Assembly (NCBI GenBank): GCA_965213925.1
Contig: OZ243927.1
Location: forward strand, 2,144,001-2,208,000
Length of the DNA: 64,000 nt
Reading direction: 5' to 3'
From: Trueperaceae bacterium
Lineage (GTDB): Bacteria; Deinococcota; Deinococci; Deinococcales; Trueperaceae
The notes below the pieces were generated by a model. The model saw only the letters and a program-made list of their open reading frames with translations. It had not been told where the DNA came from and searched no databases. Within the stretch, counting starts at the first letter, position 1; every line of letters starts with the position of its first letter. Made by a program: the position numbers and the translations under genes. Below are positions 10,822 to 20,250 of the stretch, piece after piece.

Positions 10822-12219
10822 ATGCGCAACTACGCTCTAGGACTGTTCTCTATTCTCTTGCTCGCCGCTTGTACCCCCGACTTTCCGCCGCCGGAACCGA
10901 TAGACTTTGAGAGTGATCCGCGCGTTCTGCGCGGTGAGTGGACGGGGAACGCTGTGCTCGCCTATCCTGTTTCGCCACTCGTCTACAGCCCGGACGGGTC
11001 TCGCCTTTTCTTCACGAAAGCGTTTATAAATGCCGTCTACGATACGGCAACGTTTGACACCGTGACAACGCTCGACCTTGCCGATGCGTCCGTTAGCACG
11101 GCTCAGTTTAGCTTGGACGCTCAGGTGCTCGCGACAACCGAAAGGGACGGATACGGGGAAAGCCTAGCGACCTTGTGGGACGCTGTCTCTGGAGAACGCC
11201 TTCAAACATTTTCTATAGAAAGAGATTTTATAGGCTTTTCTCGAGACTTAGCTCTCTTCGCCACACGAAGCAATGTAGAGGGAGGAACAGAAATCGCTAT
11301 CTCTAATACGGACAGTCGTCAATTTCTATATTCTTTCATCGTACCCGAGGGCTATGCGCAGGCGATTGAAGTGGGCCCTGACCTCTCAAGCGTTGCCGTA
11401 TTTGAGAGTCGAGAGGGCGGCGCGGAGAGTTTGACGTTTAAGGTGTGGGACATAGAAACCGGAGAGAATTTACTCGAGCTGTCCCTAGACCCGAACATTA
11501 GCGACTACAATATACTCTTTAGTCCAGATAGCTCGCTCCTTGCTATAACTCACGGTAGCTTGACACGCATCTGGGACGCGGCTGTAGGTGCATTTCTACC
11601 TGACTTAGGCGAAGATGCAGGAGAACCTCTCGCTTTTAGTGCAGATAATAGCCAACTCGTTACTAAAGCAGGTCGGTACGTCCGTTTTTGGAATGTGCAA
11701 GAGGGCGTCAAGCTCAAAGATGTTGAACTCGCAGTTACAGCGCCAGATAGATTTGGTGCCATTACCGAACAGGCTATCAGCCCTCAACTGAACCAGATTG
11801 CACAGGGAGAGGATGGTCAACTGCAGGTTGCAGATTTGAATACAGGCAGTAACTTAACCGATATAACCCTGAGCGAACCGCTTGACCTTAGGCTGAACTT
11901 AGAGGCGACTTACGTAGACGAAACATCCTACGACATTTCAGGGACGCTCCAATATGACAGTGAAACCTTCAACGTTCAAGGAGAGGTCTTAGGCGGCGGT
12001 GATCAAAGGTATGTAAGACCTGCCACCTCGCCACCACCCGAAGCCACCTACAGGCTAGAAGCGTTGGATACTGGAGGTGAAGTGCGCTGGATACTCAGGG
12101 GGTTAGCCCCCCGTTATGACCTCTACGGCGATCGTCCAGATGAAGCCCTTTTTGACGGTGAAATCTTTCGTCCAGAAGAGCGTTGGTCGCGCAGCTTTTC
12201 TTTAGAGCGTCAGCCTTAA
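10822..12219 (+). CDS. WD40/beta-propeller lipoprotein
   Basis: Lipobox LAAC; repeated FSPD/FSAD...(LW/VW/IW)D units; lower GC than its neighbours. Confidence 0.8.
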   Translation: MRNYALGLFSILLLAACTPDFPPPEPIDFESDPRVLRGEWTGNAVLAYPVSPLVYSPDGSRLFFTKAFINAVYDTATFDTVTTLDLADASVSTAQFSLDAQVLATTERDGYGESLATLWDAVSGERLQTFSIERDFIGFSRDLALFATRSNVEGGTEIAISNTDSRQFLYSFIVPEGYAQAIEVGPDLSSVAVFESREGGAESLTFKVWDIETGENLLELSLDPNISDYNILFSPDSSLLAITHGSLTRIWDAAVGAFLPDLGEDAGEPLAFSADNSQLVTKAGRYVRFWNVQEGVKLKDVELAVTAPDRFGAITEQAISPQLNQIAQGEDGQLQVADLNTGSNLTDITLSEPLDLRLNLEATYVDETSYDISGTLQYDSETFNVQGEVLGGGDQRYVRPATSPPPEATYRLEALDTGGEVRWILRGLAPRYDLYGDRPDEALFDGEIFRPEERWSRSFSLERQP

Positions 12220-12608
12220 GAGACTACAGTCAGGTCAACCTCTCTCAACGCTTCGCCTAAAACAAATCCTCTCACTATCCCAAGCTGAGGTACAATAATG
12301 AGGTGCACCGCGTCATAGTGCGCCTCTTTTACGTCTATTTCTGAAGGCGTTTGTCGCCCGTTCGGGTGTGAGTGATAGACGGCTAAGAGGTCATCGCTTT
12401 TAACCTCTGCCTCTCGCAAGGCTACAAGAATCTCAGTGGGATCAGCAAAGTAACGAGTCGGAGTCTCAGCGATATTCGTTAGTGGGACACGCCTTTTAAC
12501 CCTATCATCCTGTCCAAAGAGCAAGCCGACGCACTCGTTAGGCAGCGCGGCGCGAGCGTGCTCCAAAATGTTCTCAACCATCCTTTGCGAGAGGTAAAGT
12601 CTATCCAC
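12216..12608 (-). CDS. JAB/MPN (M67) metallopeptidase
   Basis: PNECVGLL and YHSHP...PSEID JAMM motif. Confidence 0.9.
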   Translation of the reverse strand: MDRLYLSQRMVENILEHARAALPNECVGLLFGQDDRVKRRVPLTNIAETPTRYFADPTEILVALREAEVKSDDLLAVYHSHPNGRQTPSEIDVKEAHYDAVHLIIVPQLGIVRGFVLGEALREVDLTVVS

Positions 12609-12611
12609 ATC

Positions 12612-13892
12612 TTACGGCAGTGTTTCAAAGATTAGCGGCGGCGCGTGGGTCTCTTCTTGGCTGATATCGGCAGCTTTTTCAAGCAACTTCAGCGCGTCTT
12701 GCAACCCTCTTTCGTCGCGGTGATAAATCGTGAGTAGGGGCGCACCCTCTTCGACCTCTTCTCCCACTTTCACCTGGAGCATGATACCGACACCCACATC
12801 AATCTCGTCACCTTTTTTACTGCGTCCGCCGCCTAAAACTTTCACAGCTTGTCCAATCGCAAGTGCGTTGAGTTTAGCGACTTTGCCGCTCTTTTCTGCG
12901 CTGAGTTCGTAGCGCTCAGGGGCGAGTTCTAAACTCTCCAACTTAGATACGTCGCCCCCTTGCGCCTCTATCCAGGCTTCGAACTTCTCGTAGGCTTCGC
13001 CGTTCTGGAGCTTTTCCTCTAGCTGCGCCCGCGTCACCTTCAAGCCTGCCGCCGCTAAGACTTGCTCGGAGAGGGTCAGGCATAAGCCCTTCAAATCCTC
13101 CGGTCCTTCCCCTTGCAAACAGCGCATCGCCTCTTGCACCTCTAAGGTATTGCCCACCGCGTAACCGAGCGGCTCGGACATGTCGCTCAGGACCGCGCGC
13201 ACGTTGCGCCCCGCCCTTTCGCCGATGTCGATCATCGCTTGTGCTAGTTCACGGGCGTCATCTAAGGTTTTCATAAACGCGCCGCTGCCGACTTTGACAT
13301 CCAATACGATGGATTTCGCGCCGCCCGCGAGCTTCTTGCTCATGATGGAGCTGGCGATAAGCGGCAGCGATTCAACGGTGGAGGTGGCGTCGCGAAGGGA
13401 ATAGAGAAGCCCGTCAGCGGGCGCTAAATCTTTGTTCTGCCCGGTGATGACCGCGCCGACCTCTTGCGCCTGCTTGTAAAAATGTGCCTCGCTGATGTCG
13501 GTCTTAAAGCCGGGGATGCTCTCGAGCTTGTCGATGGTTCCCCCCGTATGCCCGAGCCCGCGCCCGCTCATCTTCGCCACCACCGCGCCGCACGACGCCA
13601 GCAGGGGCGCGAGCACCAAGCTCGTCTTGTCGCCGACGCCGCCTGTAGAGTGTTTGTCTACCGTGTTAGAAAGCTCGGCGAGGTCTAAAACGTCGCCCGA
13701 GTCCGCCATGATCTGCGTGAGGTCGGCGGTTTCTTGGGGGCTCATGCCGCGCCAGCAGACCGCCATGAGCCAGGCGGAGACTTGGTAGTCGGGCACGTCG
13801 CCGGAGACATATCCCTGAACGAAGGCTTTCAAGTCTTCTTTAGCGTGGCTTCCGCCTTGGCGTTTTTGGTCGATCATATCTGTTGGGCGCAT
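12612..13892 (-). CDS. pdp: Pyrimidine-nucleoside/thymidine phosphorylase
   Basis: DKHSTGGVGDK, KMSGRGLGHTGGTIDKLESIPG, SIMSKK. Confidence 0.95.
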   Translation of the reverse strand: MRPTDMIDQKRQGGSHAKEDLKAFVQGYVSGDVPDYQVSAWLMAVCWRGMSPQETADLTQIMADSGDVLDLAELSNTVDKHSTGGVGDKTSLVLAPLLASCGAVVAKMSGRGLGHTGGTIDKLESIPGFKTDISEAHFYKQAQEVGAVITGQNKDLAPADGLLYSLRDATSTVESLPLIASSIMSKKLAGGAKSIVLDVKVGSGAFMKTLDDARELAQAMIDIGERAGRNVRAVLSDMSEPLGYAVGNTLEVQEAMRCLQGEGPEDLKGLCLTLSEQVLAAAGLKVTRAQLEEKLQNGEAYEKFEAWIEAQGGDVSKLESLELAPERYELSAEKSGKVAKLNALAIGQAVKVLGGGRSKKGDEIDVGVGIMLQVKVGEEVEEGAPLLTIYHRDERGLQDALKLLEKAADISQEETHAPPLIFETLP

Positions 13893-13898
13893 TTCACT

Positions 13899-13966
13899 AT
13901 TCTACCGCTTCAAGCAGTGCGGTACGCTCCCAATTCTACCGCTTCAAGCAGTGCGGTACGCTCCCA
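13899..13966. repeat. Perfect 34-bp tandem duplication
   Basis: ATTCTACCGCTTCAAGCAGTGCGGTACGCTCCCA at 13899-13932 and 13933-13966. Confidence 0.95.
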
Positions 13967-14059
13967 ACACAGTCATGAACGACAACCTCGTTTGCCATAT
14001 TTCTCATACTTCTTAATGTTTTTAGGCGTGATGATAGGCGCAATCTGCTCTATAGGGGG

Positions 14060-14845
14060 ATGCAAATGCAAACGACGCCTTATAAATCAACGACGCATCT
14101 CTGGCTTCTCGTCAGCGTCATTCTTCTAGGTACGAGTTGGTTTTCGTTCGCGATTATCTGCAACTATTTAACCGCTTGGTTTCTACCTACTTCGCTCTTT
14201 CCCGCCTCTATCCCAGCGTCTAACCTTGCCTGGCTCCGGGAGAGCCTGCCGCGACTTGTTATGGGGCTACCCCTCTTCTGGCTGCTTGTTCCCGCGCTCT
14301 TGGGCGTCAAGCGTCAAGATTACGGTGCATTTCTGCGAGCGTCGGGTGTGAGGGGCTTTAAGCGCGGGGGGCTTCGGATGTTCGCTGCTTTTGTGACTTT
14401 GTCTATAGCTTTTAGTGCGCTCTATCTCACTCGCTACAGCGACGCACTTAGCGAACTGCCCTCACTGACGATGTGGTGGAAGTGGCTCTCCGATATTCAG
14501 CCACCGCTCATCGAAGAGATGCTTTACAGGGGCATTCTATTATCGCTTTTAGTGAGGTATACCAAGCCTTGGGTCGCCATCACCGTCTCGTCGCTGCTTT
14601 TTGGTTTGCCTCATCTTGTTGCGTGGGGAACCCTTTCAGCTTTTGCAGTTACTACCGGCTTCGGCGTACTACTCGCGCTCACTTGGTTCGCTACGGGCAG
14701 TTTATGGCCGTGCGTATGGATGCATTTCATTATGTCTCAAGGTTTATTCCTTCCAGTGGGTATCGCCTACATCCTTGTTCTTACCCTTGCACCCCTTGTC
14801 AAGCGTAGCGTGAGGGTAAGGTCAGCTAAATCAATAGGTATTTAA
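14060..14845 (+). CDS. CPBP (CAAX/Abi) intramembrane metalloprotease
   Basis: EEMLYRG, FGLPH, GSLW...H motifs. Confidence 0.85.
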   Translation: MQMQTTPYKSTTHLWLLVSVILLGTSWFSFAIICNYLTAWFLPTSLFPASIPASNLAWLRESLPRLVMGLPLFWLLVPALLGVKRQDYGAFLRASGVRGFKRGGLRMFAAFVTLSIAFSALYLTRYSDALSELPSLTMWWKWLSDIQPPLIEEMLYRGILLSLLVRYTKPWVAITVSSLLFGLPHLVAWGTLSAFAVTTGFGVLLALTWFATGSLWPCVWMHFIMSQGLFLPVGIAYILVLTLAPLVKRSVRVRSAKSIGI

Positions 14846-14846
14846 C

Positions 14847-16616
14847 TCACCCCCGCTGAATCGCCACCACCTCATCACCTGCTTGCAAGTCCTGAACGCT
14901 CCTGAAGAGGTGTCCGCTTTGGTCGCGCCGCACGGCGAGAGGTAAGACCGCCGCGTTCTCGACCTCTAGCCCTCGCTTATCACCCTCGATGCGGTAAAGC
15001 AGCTCCTGCGCCTGCTCAGTAAGAAGGTCGTAGTCCCACTCGAGCAGGTTCACCGGATCGGCAAAAAGAGGCCTAGCGCCCATGCGCTCGAGCTGCCGAA
15101 AGAGCCCACCATCACTCCCTTTGGTAAGGAGCGCGTAGCATTCGGGCACGGCGAACTCTTCGGCAGCGCGTTTTACGGCTAAAACGTTGACCTCGGCGTT
15201 GGGCGTTAAACCGATGAGGAGCCCCGCCTCCTCGACGCCCGCGTCGAGCAGCGGCGTATCGTCCAAAGCGTCGCCGCGCACCGCGTTTAGCCCAGTTGCA
15301 GCCGCTTCGTCACAGTTCGCCTGATTCGTGTCCACGAGCGTAACGGGGCGCGAGGCGCTCAGCTCTCTTCCTAAAATCCGCGCTACCGGACCTGCCCCGA
15401 CGATGACGACGCCTTGACGTTCTGAACTCGCCCGCGCCAGCTCGCCGCGTTTGGAAAGCCAGTTTACGCCCCATACCAAGAGGAGCGGCACCGTCGCCGT
15501 CGTAACCACCGCCATCACCACGAGGATGGAAAAGACCTCGTTCGTGATGAGCCCGGCGCGCAGGGCGATACCCGCTAAGATGATCTCGACCGCGCCTCTA
15601 TCGTTCATGCCCATTCCGATAACCAGACCCTCGCGCCAAGCGCCGCCGCTCCAACTGTAAAAGAGAAGCGTACCGACGATTTTACCTACTGTCGCAATCA
15701 CGATAACTGTAAGCAGCAAGCCGAGGCTCTGCCCCAACATCCCGAACGACACCTCGAAGCCGATGGTCAGAAAGAAGACGGGCGCGAGAAAGCCGATGGA
15801 GACGTCGCGCACCAACTCGGTGAGTTCGTGCGACAAGCGGCGCTCTGAAATCGCTTCGCGCAGGAACATCCCCGCTAAAAACGCGCCCAAGATGCCGTGT
15901 AGCCCCGAGACTTCCGCGAGTTCGGCGAAGGTCAAGGCGATGATAAGTGCCAGTGTCGCGTGAAAGGTGCGGCTCGTGAGCCCGCGTTTACCGAGCCAGC
16001 GGTAGAGCGGCGGCACGACGTAGAGCCCCAGCAGCCACGAGGCGGCGAAAAAGAGGCACACGCGGGCGAGGAGCCACAAGGTGCCGAGTAGCTCGAGCCC
16101 CCCCGCCTCCGCCACGCCCAAAATGCTCGCAAAAAGGAGCAGCGACAAGGTGTCTGTAATCAGCGCCCCCGCCATCATCACGCTCGCAAGGCGCGTATCC
16201 AAAATGCCCAAGTCCGTGAGGATGCGCGACTTCGTCGCTAAAGAGGTCACGCCCATCGCTATACCTACGAAGAGCGCCGCAACGAGCGACTCGTCCCAGA
16301 AGAGCATCACCGCGACGCCGAGTATAAAAGGGACGATGAACCCGCCCATTGCCGCGTACAACCCGCCCTTAGACGAACGCTGCAACTCCTTAAAGTTGAC
16401 CTCCATACCGACGAACATCATCATCAGTAAAACGCCCAAATCCGCTAAAACCATGAGCGCGTCGCTGGCGTACAGGAGCCCTAAGAGTGGCGGACCTAAA
16501 ACGATGCCCATGACGATTTCGCCTAAAACAGCCGGATAGCCGACGCGCACCGCGAGGCGTCCCCCTGCGAAAGCGGCGACTAAGACGAGCAAAAGGTTGA
16601 GGGTGCTGAAGGTCAT
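14847..16616 (-). CDS. CPA2 cation:proton antiporter with C-terminal TrkA-N (KTN) domain
   Basis: GYPAVLGEI, GILGAFLAG, PVFF, GMGMNDRG; GAGPVA Rossmann motif; start set at MTFSTL. Confidence 0.88.
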   Translation of the reverse strand: MTFSTLNLLLVLVAAFAGGRLAVRVGYPAVLGEIVMGIVLGPPLLGLLYASDALMVLADLGVLLMMMFVGMEVNFKELQRSSKGGLYAAMGGFIVPFILGVAVMLFWDESLVAALFVGIAMGVTSLATKSRILTDLGILDTRLASVMMAGALITDTLSLLLFASILGVAEAGGLELLGTLWLLARVCLFFAASWLLGLYVVPPLYRWLGKRGLTSRTFHATLALIIALTFAELAEVSGLHGILGAFLAGMFLREAISERRLSHELTELVRDVSIGFLAPVFFLTIGFEVSFGMLGQSLGLLLTVIVIATVGKIVGTLLFYSWSGGAWREGLVIGMGMNDRGAVEIILAGIALRAGLITNEVFSILVVMAVVTTATVPLLLVWGVNWLSKRGELARASSERQGVVIVGAGPVARILGRELSASRPVTLVDTNQANCDEAAATGLNAVRGDALDDTPLLDAGVEEAGLLIGLTPNAEVNVLAVKRAAEEFAVPECYALLTKGSDGGLFRQLERMGARPLFADPVNLLEWDYDLLTEQAQELLYRIEGDKRGLEVENAAVLPLAVRRDQSGHLFRSVQDLQAGDEVVAIQRG

Positions 16617-16803
16617 GAGGGACCCTCGGTCCTTGGAGGACGACCGAAAAAGCATCTGCGCGGGTCACGTGCCAGGTTCATCCGCCCTCCTTAGGGAGAA
16701 GCCCTGCATATGGGGGTGCGGCCGGTTCCGGCTCCCCACGGTTACGCGGTTTCCGCGGCGAAGAGGGCTCTCGAGCGCCGCGGAGGTCTCCCTGAATATT
16801 CTA
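16617..16803 (-). promoter_or_regulatory. Long structured 5' leader of the antiporter gene (candidate cis-regulatory RNA)
   Basis: TAGAAT -10 box (16798-16803, minus strand) then several GC-rich stems and a hairpin over the RBS. Confidence 0.45.
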
Positions 16804-17070
16804 TTACGGCGTCGGGGGTGGTTCGGCTACAACTCGAGCCGCCAGAGAGTGCGCGCCGTACCAGAGCAAGAGAATAACAGCAATGTGAGTAAGAATGCTG
16901 ACGCCGAAAAGGGCGAGTGCGAAAAGCGCTGTGCTGTCAAATCCTGTGTCAACTAAAGATAAAGGAACAAAGGACGCGGCGATCGTGCCGGGTAATGACA
17001 CGGTGAGCTGGACTGAGAGGTAGAGCGCTAGAAGTCGGCAGGCAAGTTTAGCAACGGTTCGGGCGTCCAT
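16804..17070 (-). CDS. Short membrane protein, half-length paralog of 1640-2143
   Basis: MDARTVAKLACRLLALY vs MDTRDLSVLACRVLALY; LLWYGAHSLA vs ALWRYAPRLA. Confidence 0.6.
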   Translation of the reverse strand: MDARTVAKLACRLLALYLSVQLTVSLPGTIAASFVPLSLVDTGFDSTALFALALFGVSILTHIAVILLLWYGAHSLAARVVAEPPPTP

Positions 17071-17124
17071 CCCTCATGGTAGAAGCCTTGCGCGGACGAA
17101 CTCGAGAACAATCCCTCTTTAGGC

Positions 17125-18132
17125 TCACTCCCCGAACATCATCCGCACGGGCGCGGGCTCGCGGTTCTCCTTGCTGACGTGCGCCCACGTCCAACCCGCA
17201 CACCGCAGCATCGTGTGGAGCCTGGCGCGGCGTTCCGCGTAGCTTTCCAACCTCTCTTTGACCTCTTCACTCCGGTTGTCCGCAGAGTTATCTATCAGCG
17301 AAAGGTCCGGTAGCGGCGGCGTTTCATGCGTGAATGCTACGAAGACCTCTTCTAAGCTCGAGACGAAGCCCGCCACCGCCCGCCTCGAGACCAAAAAATG
17401 CTCGTCTTGTTGAACGTTGTCGGTAGTCTCGAGAATCGTCAAAACCTCATCCAACATCGCCACAGCTAAAACGAGGGCGTAGGCGGGCTCCTTCGCACCC
17501 GAAAAGTGCAGCGCAGGGTAGCGGCGGTGGGTGTGTTCCAACGTTACAAGCATCGGCGAGAGCGTGCTCAAGATGGGGACGGTCTTATCCTCTTCGCGCC
17601 AGACGCGTTTTAGTAACCTCTCCGGCGTGTCGCCTAGATGATGGATGTAGAGCGCCAAGCGCCGCCGCTGCATCTCGCCTTGAACCATCGGCACGAAAAA
17701 CGAGATGATGAGCGTGATTAAAAAGAAGCTGCTCAGGGAGGCGAAGGCGGTTAAGACCTGGTAGAACTGCGTGCCCGGCTGGTAGTCGCCGATGCCTAAA
17801 GTCGAGAGGGTGTAGCCGCTGAAGTAGACGCGCGACCAGAAGGGGGCGGGGTTGCCCGTGGAGCCTTCTAGGACGGCTTGAGGCGAACTGGTGAAGACGA
17901 TGAGCCAGCCCAGCCAGAGCACGAGGAACCAACCCGTGACGGTGCATAGAATCGTGATCATGCCGAGTTGAGGCAGCGGGCGTTTTAGTCCGCCGTTGCG
18001 CCGCACGAAGCGGCTCGCACACCACGTTACGCCCATCGCGACGGGTCCGCCGCCCGTCATGGTGATGGTGGCGACCATCTCCACGGCGATCACAAGAACA
18101 ACAGCCAGTCCGACCAGGACGCTCAGTGTCAT
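17125..18132 (-). CDS. Potassium-channel family (Ion_trans_2) protein
   Basis: YFSGYTLSTLGIGDYQP pore loop; TATAAT 6 nt before ATG. Confidence 0.8.
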   Translation of the reverse strand: MTLSVLVGLAVVLVIAVEMVATITMTGGGPVAMGVTWCASRFVRRNGGLKRPLPQLGMITILCTVTGWFLVLWLGWLIVFTSSPQAVLEGSTGNPAPFWSRVYFSGYTLSTLGIGDYQPGTQFYQVLTAFASLSSFFLITLIISFFVPMVQGEMQRRRLALYIHHLGDTPERLLKRVWREEDKTVPILSTLSPMLVTLEHTHRRYPALHFSGAKEPAYALVLAVAMLDEVLTILETTDNVQQDEHFLVSRRAVAGFVSSLEEVFVAFTHETPPLPDLSLIDNSADNRSEEVKERLESYAERRARLHTMLRCAGWTWAHVSKENREPAPVRMMFGE

Positions 18133-18166
18133 CTCGACATTATAGAGTTTGGTAAAGGCGGACGCG

Positions 18167-18748
18167 CTAAACGAGTCCCTTAGCCAAAACATTCACCGCC
18201 CGCGCGACGACCTCTTCTCGCTGCGCCGGGTCGGTGAGCTTGGGCACCTGTTTTTCGGTGGTGAGCTTAGCGAGCCCGTGCAGCGTCGCCCAGACGACGG
18301 CGCTGTCTACGTACGAATCGCTGCCTAAGCGCTCAACGCTCTGCAAGAGCGCCCCGTAAGCCCGTTTCGAGGCGGCGTAGAGGGGTTCGTTTTTCATCCT
18401 CGCTTCGGCAGGAATAAGCGCGAACATGACGCGGGTTAGCTCGGGGTTCCCTAACGCAAAGCCGATGTAAGCATCGGCTAGAGAGCGAAGCGTAGACTCT
18501 AAACCGCTTTCACCTCTTTCAATACTCTCGAGCAGAGCGTCCGCAAGCTCCTCAAATCCCTCTTGCGCGACAGCCTCCAAAAGCACCTCTTTACTCGCGA
18601 AGTGCCGATACACCGCTGGATGCGTCACGCCGATGCTACGCGCTAACGCCCGCAAGTTGAGAGACGCCGCACCCCCTTCTGAGATCTGCGCCCGCGCCGC
18701 TTGTACGAGCGCGTTCTTCAAGTCTCCGTGATGATAGTCGCTGCTCAA
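18167..18748 (-). CDS. TetR/AcrR family regulator
   Basis: YHHGDLK, LNLRALARSIGVTHPAVYRHF, WATLHGL. Confidence 0.92.
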   Translation of the reverse strand: MSSDYHHGDLKNALVQAARAQISEGGAASLNLRALARSIGVTHPAVYRHFASKEVLLEAVAQEGFEELADALLESIERGESGLESTLRSLADAYIGFALGNPELTRVMFALIPAEARMKNEPLYAASKRAYGALLQSVERLGSDSYVDSAVVWATLHGLAKLTTEKQVPKLTDPAQREEVVARAVNVLAKGLV

Positions 18749-18779
18749 GGTTCCGTCCCTATGTCTTCTAGGATACAAT

Positions 18780-18827
18780 GTTACCGCTGGTCACACAGGA
18801 TACTCAGCGTTAGTTACCAAGGGTAAC
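18780..18827. promoter_or_regulatory. Two palindromic putative TetR operators
   Basis: GTTACC-GCT-GGTCAC (18780-18794) and GTTACC-AAG-GGTAAC (18813-18827) between divergent tetR and SDR genes. Confidence 0.7.
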
Positions 18828-18876
18828 ATATTCGAGAGGTTGAGCAGAGTCTTTGACTTTGGAGAGGCAGGTGCGT

Positions 18877-19770
18877 ATGCAGGGCAAAACTGTTGTAGTG
18901 ACGGGCGCAACCAGTGGCATCGGCGAAGCGGTTGCAGAGGGTTTGGCGGGCGAGGGTGCAAATCTCGTCATCGTCAGCCGAAATAGGGCGAAGTGTGCGG
19001 AGACAGCGAAGCGCATCACCGAAAAAACAGGAAACTCGAATATCACCTACTACGTCGCTGACTTGTCTGTTCAACAAGAGGTACGCGACCTCGCGGGCAA
19101 GCTAAATGAGAACCTCTTGCGGCTTGATGTGCTCATCAACAACGCGGGCGCTTGGTTTACAGGGCGCAAACTGAGCGCCGACGGAGTTGAGATGACGTGG
19201 GCGCTCAACCACCTGAATTACTTTTTACTCACGCATGAGTTGACCGACCTCTTGAAACGTACTGCAGCAGAATACGGCGAGGCGAGGGTGATCAACCAAG
19301 CTTCGATGTCACATTTAGAAGGCAAGATTCGCTGGGATGACCTCGAGTTTGAGACAAGCTGGGATACGAAAGGCAAAGGCAGCATCGGACCGGGTTGGGG
19401 CGTCTACAGCCAGAGCAAACTGGCGAATGTCATGCACGCCTTTGCTTTAGCGCGGCGTTTGGAGGACACGGGTGTGGTCGCGAACGCGGTTCACCCCGGC
19501 GTGGTCGTAACAGGGTTTGCCGCTAACAACGGCTTCTTTTACAAGTTGATGGCTCCTGTACGGCGTCTATACAACCGGAGTACACCACAAGATGGAGCCG
19601 AGCCAGCTATCTATTTAGCCTCTGCACCCGAAGCCGCTACCGTCACGGGCGCGTATTACGGACCGCCCCGTAAGCGAGAAGAGGTCAACCCGCTTGCAAA
19701 TGATGTAGCCGCGCAAGAGCGGCTGTGGAACGTCTCTTTGGATTATATCGGCGCTGCTAAGGTCGCCTGA
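18877..19770 (+). CDS. SDR oxidoreductase (retinol dehydrogenase-like)
   Basis: TGATSGIG, NNAG, YSQSK, HPGVV. Confidence 0.9.
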   Translation: MQGKTVVVTGATSGIGEAVAEGLAGEGANLVIVSRNRAKCAETAKRITEKTGNSNITYYVADLSVQQEVRDLAGKLNENLLRLDVLINNAGAWFTGRKLSADGVEMTWALNHLNYFLLTHELTDLLKRTAAEYGEARVINQASMSHLEGKIRWDDLEFETSWDTKGKGSIGPGWGVYSQSKLANVMHAFALARRLEDTGVVANAVHPGVVVTGFAANNGFFYKLMAPVRRLYNRSTPQDGAEPAIYLASAPEAATVTGAYYGPPRKREEVNPLANDVAAQERLWNVSLDYIGAAKVA

Positions 19771-19785
19771 CGGTAAGGAGAAACC

Positions 19786-20169
19786 ATGAAACGCGGCTTA
19801 CAAGTTTTACTCGGTGTTCTCAGCCTTATTCCGCTCCTAGTCGCCTCTTTGGGCTTACTCTTCGGTGCTGGAAGGTTTTTGCCCGAAGAGGTCGTTACGC
19901 CGGGCTTCGACAGCCACTACCGCTACATCACGGGGTACTACCTCTCGCTCACGCTACTCGCCTGGTGGGTCATTCCGAACATCGAAAACCACGTGGTTCC
20001 GCTGCGCATCGTCAGCGCCGCAATCTTTATGGGCGGTGTCGGGCGGCTCGTGTCGGTGCTCGAGGTGGGGCTGCCTAGTCCGGTCGATATAGGCTTTACG
20101 GTGCTCGAGCTGCTCTTCCCGCTACTTCTCATCTGGCAAGCTCGCTTGCCCGAACCGGCTGCTGCTTAA
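19786..20169 (+). CDS. DUF4345-like membrane protein
   Basis: DSHYRYITG, GGVGRLVS, EL...P motifs. Confidence 0.7.
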   Translation: MKRGLQVLLGVLSLIPLLVASLGLLFGAGRFLPEEVVTPGFDSHYRYITGYYLSLTLLAWWVIPNIENHVVPLRIVSAAIFMGGVGRLVSVLEVGLPSPVDIGFTVLELLFPLLLIWQARLPEPAAA

Positions 20170-20250
20170 CTCTGTAGAGGGGATAGGCGTCTCGGGGCGT
20201 ATTGTAAGGTCCCTAAAACCGCTTTACAGCGCCCCGTGATAGGTTGAGTT

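Noticed and set aside
9731..12608. E1 + JAB as a CBASS/Bil-type antiphage system
   Set aside because: MoeB is the canonical housekeeping form, and there is no E2, ubiquitin-like protein, cyclase or effector nearby
13899..13966. CRISPR array (34-bp palindromic repeat)
   Set aside because: Only two directly abutting units, no spacer and no cas genes
14060..14845. Abi-family protein as a phage abortive-infection system
   Set aside because: CPBP/'Abi' membrane proteases are common and there is no defence context
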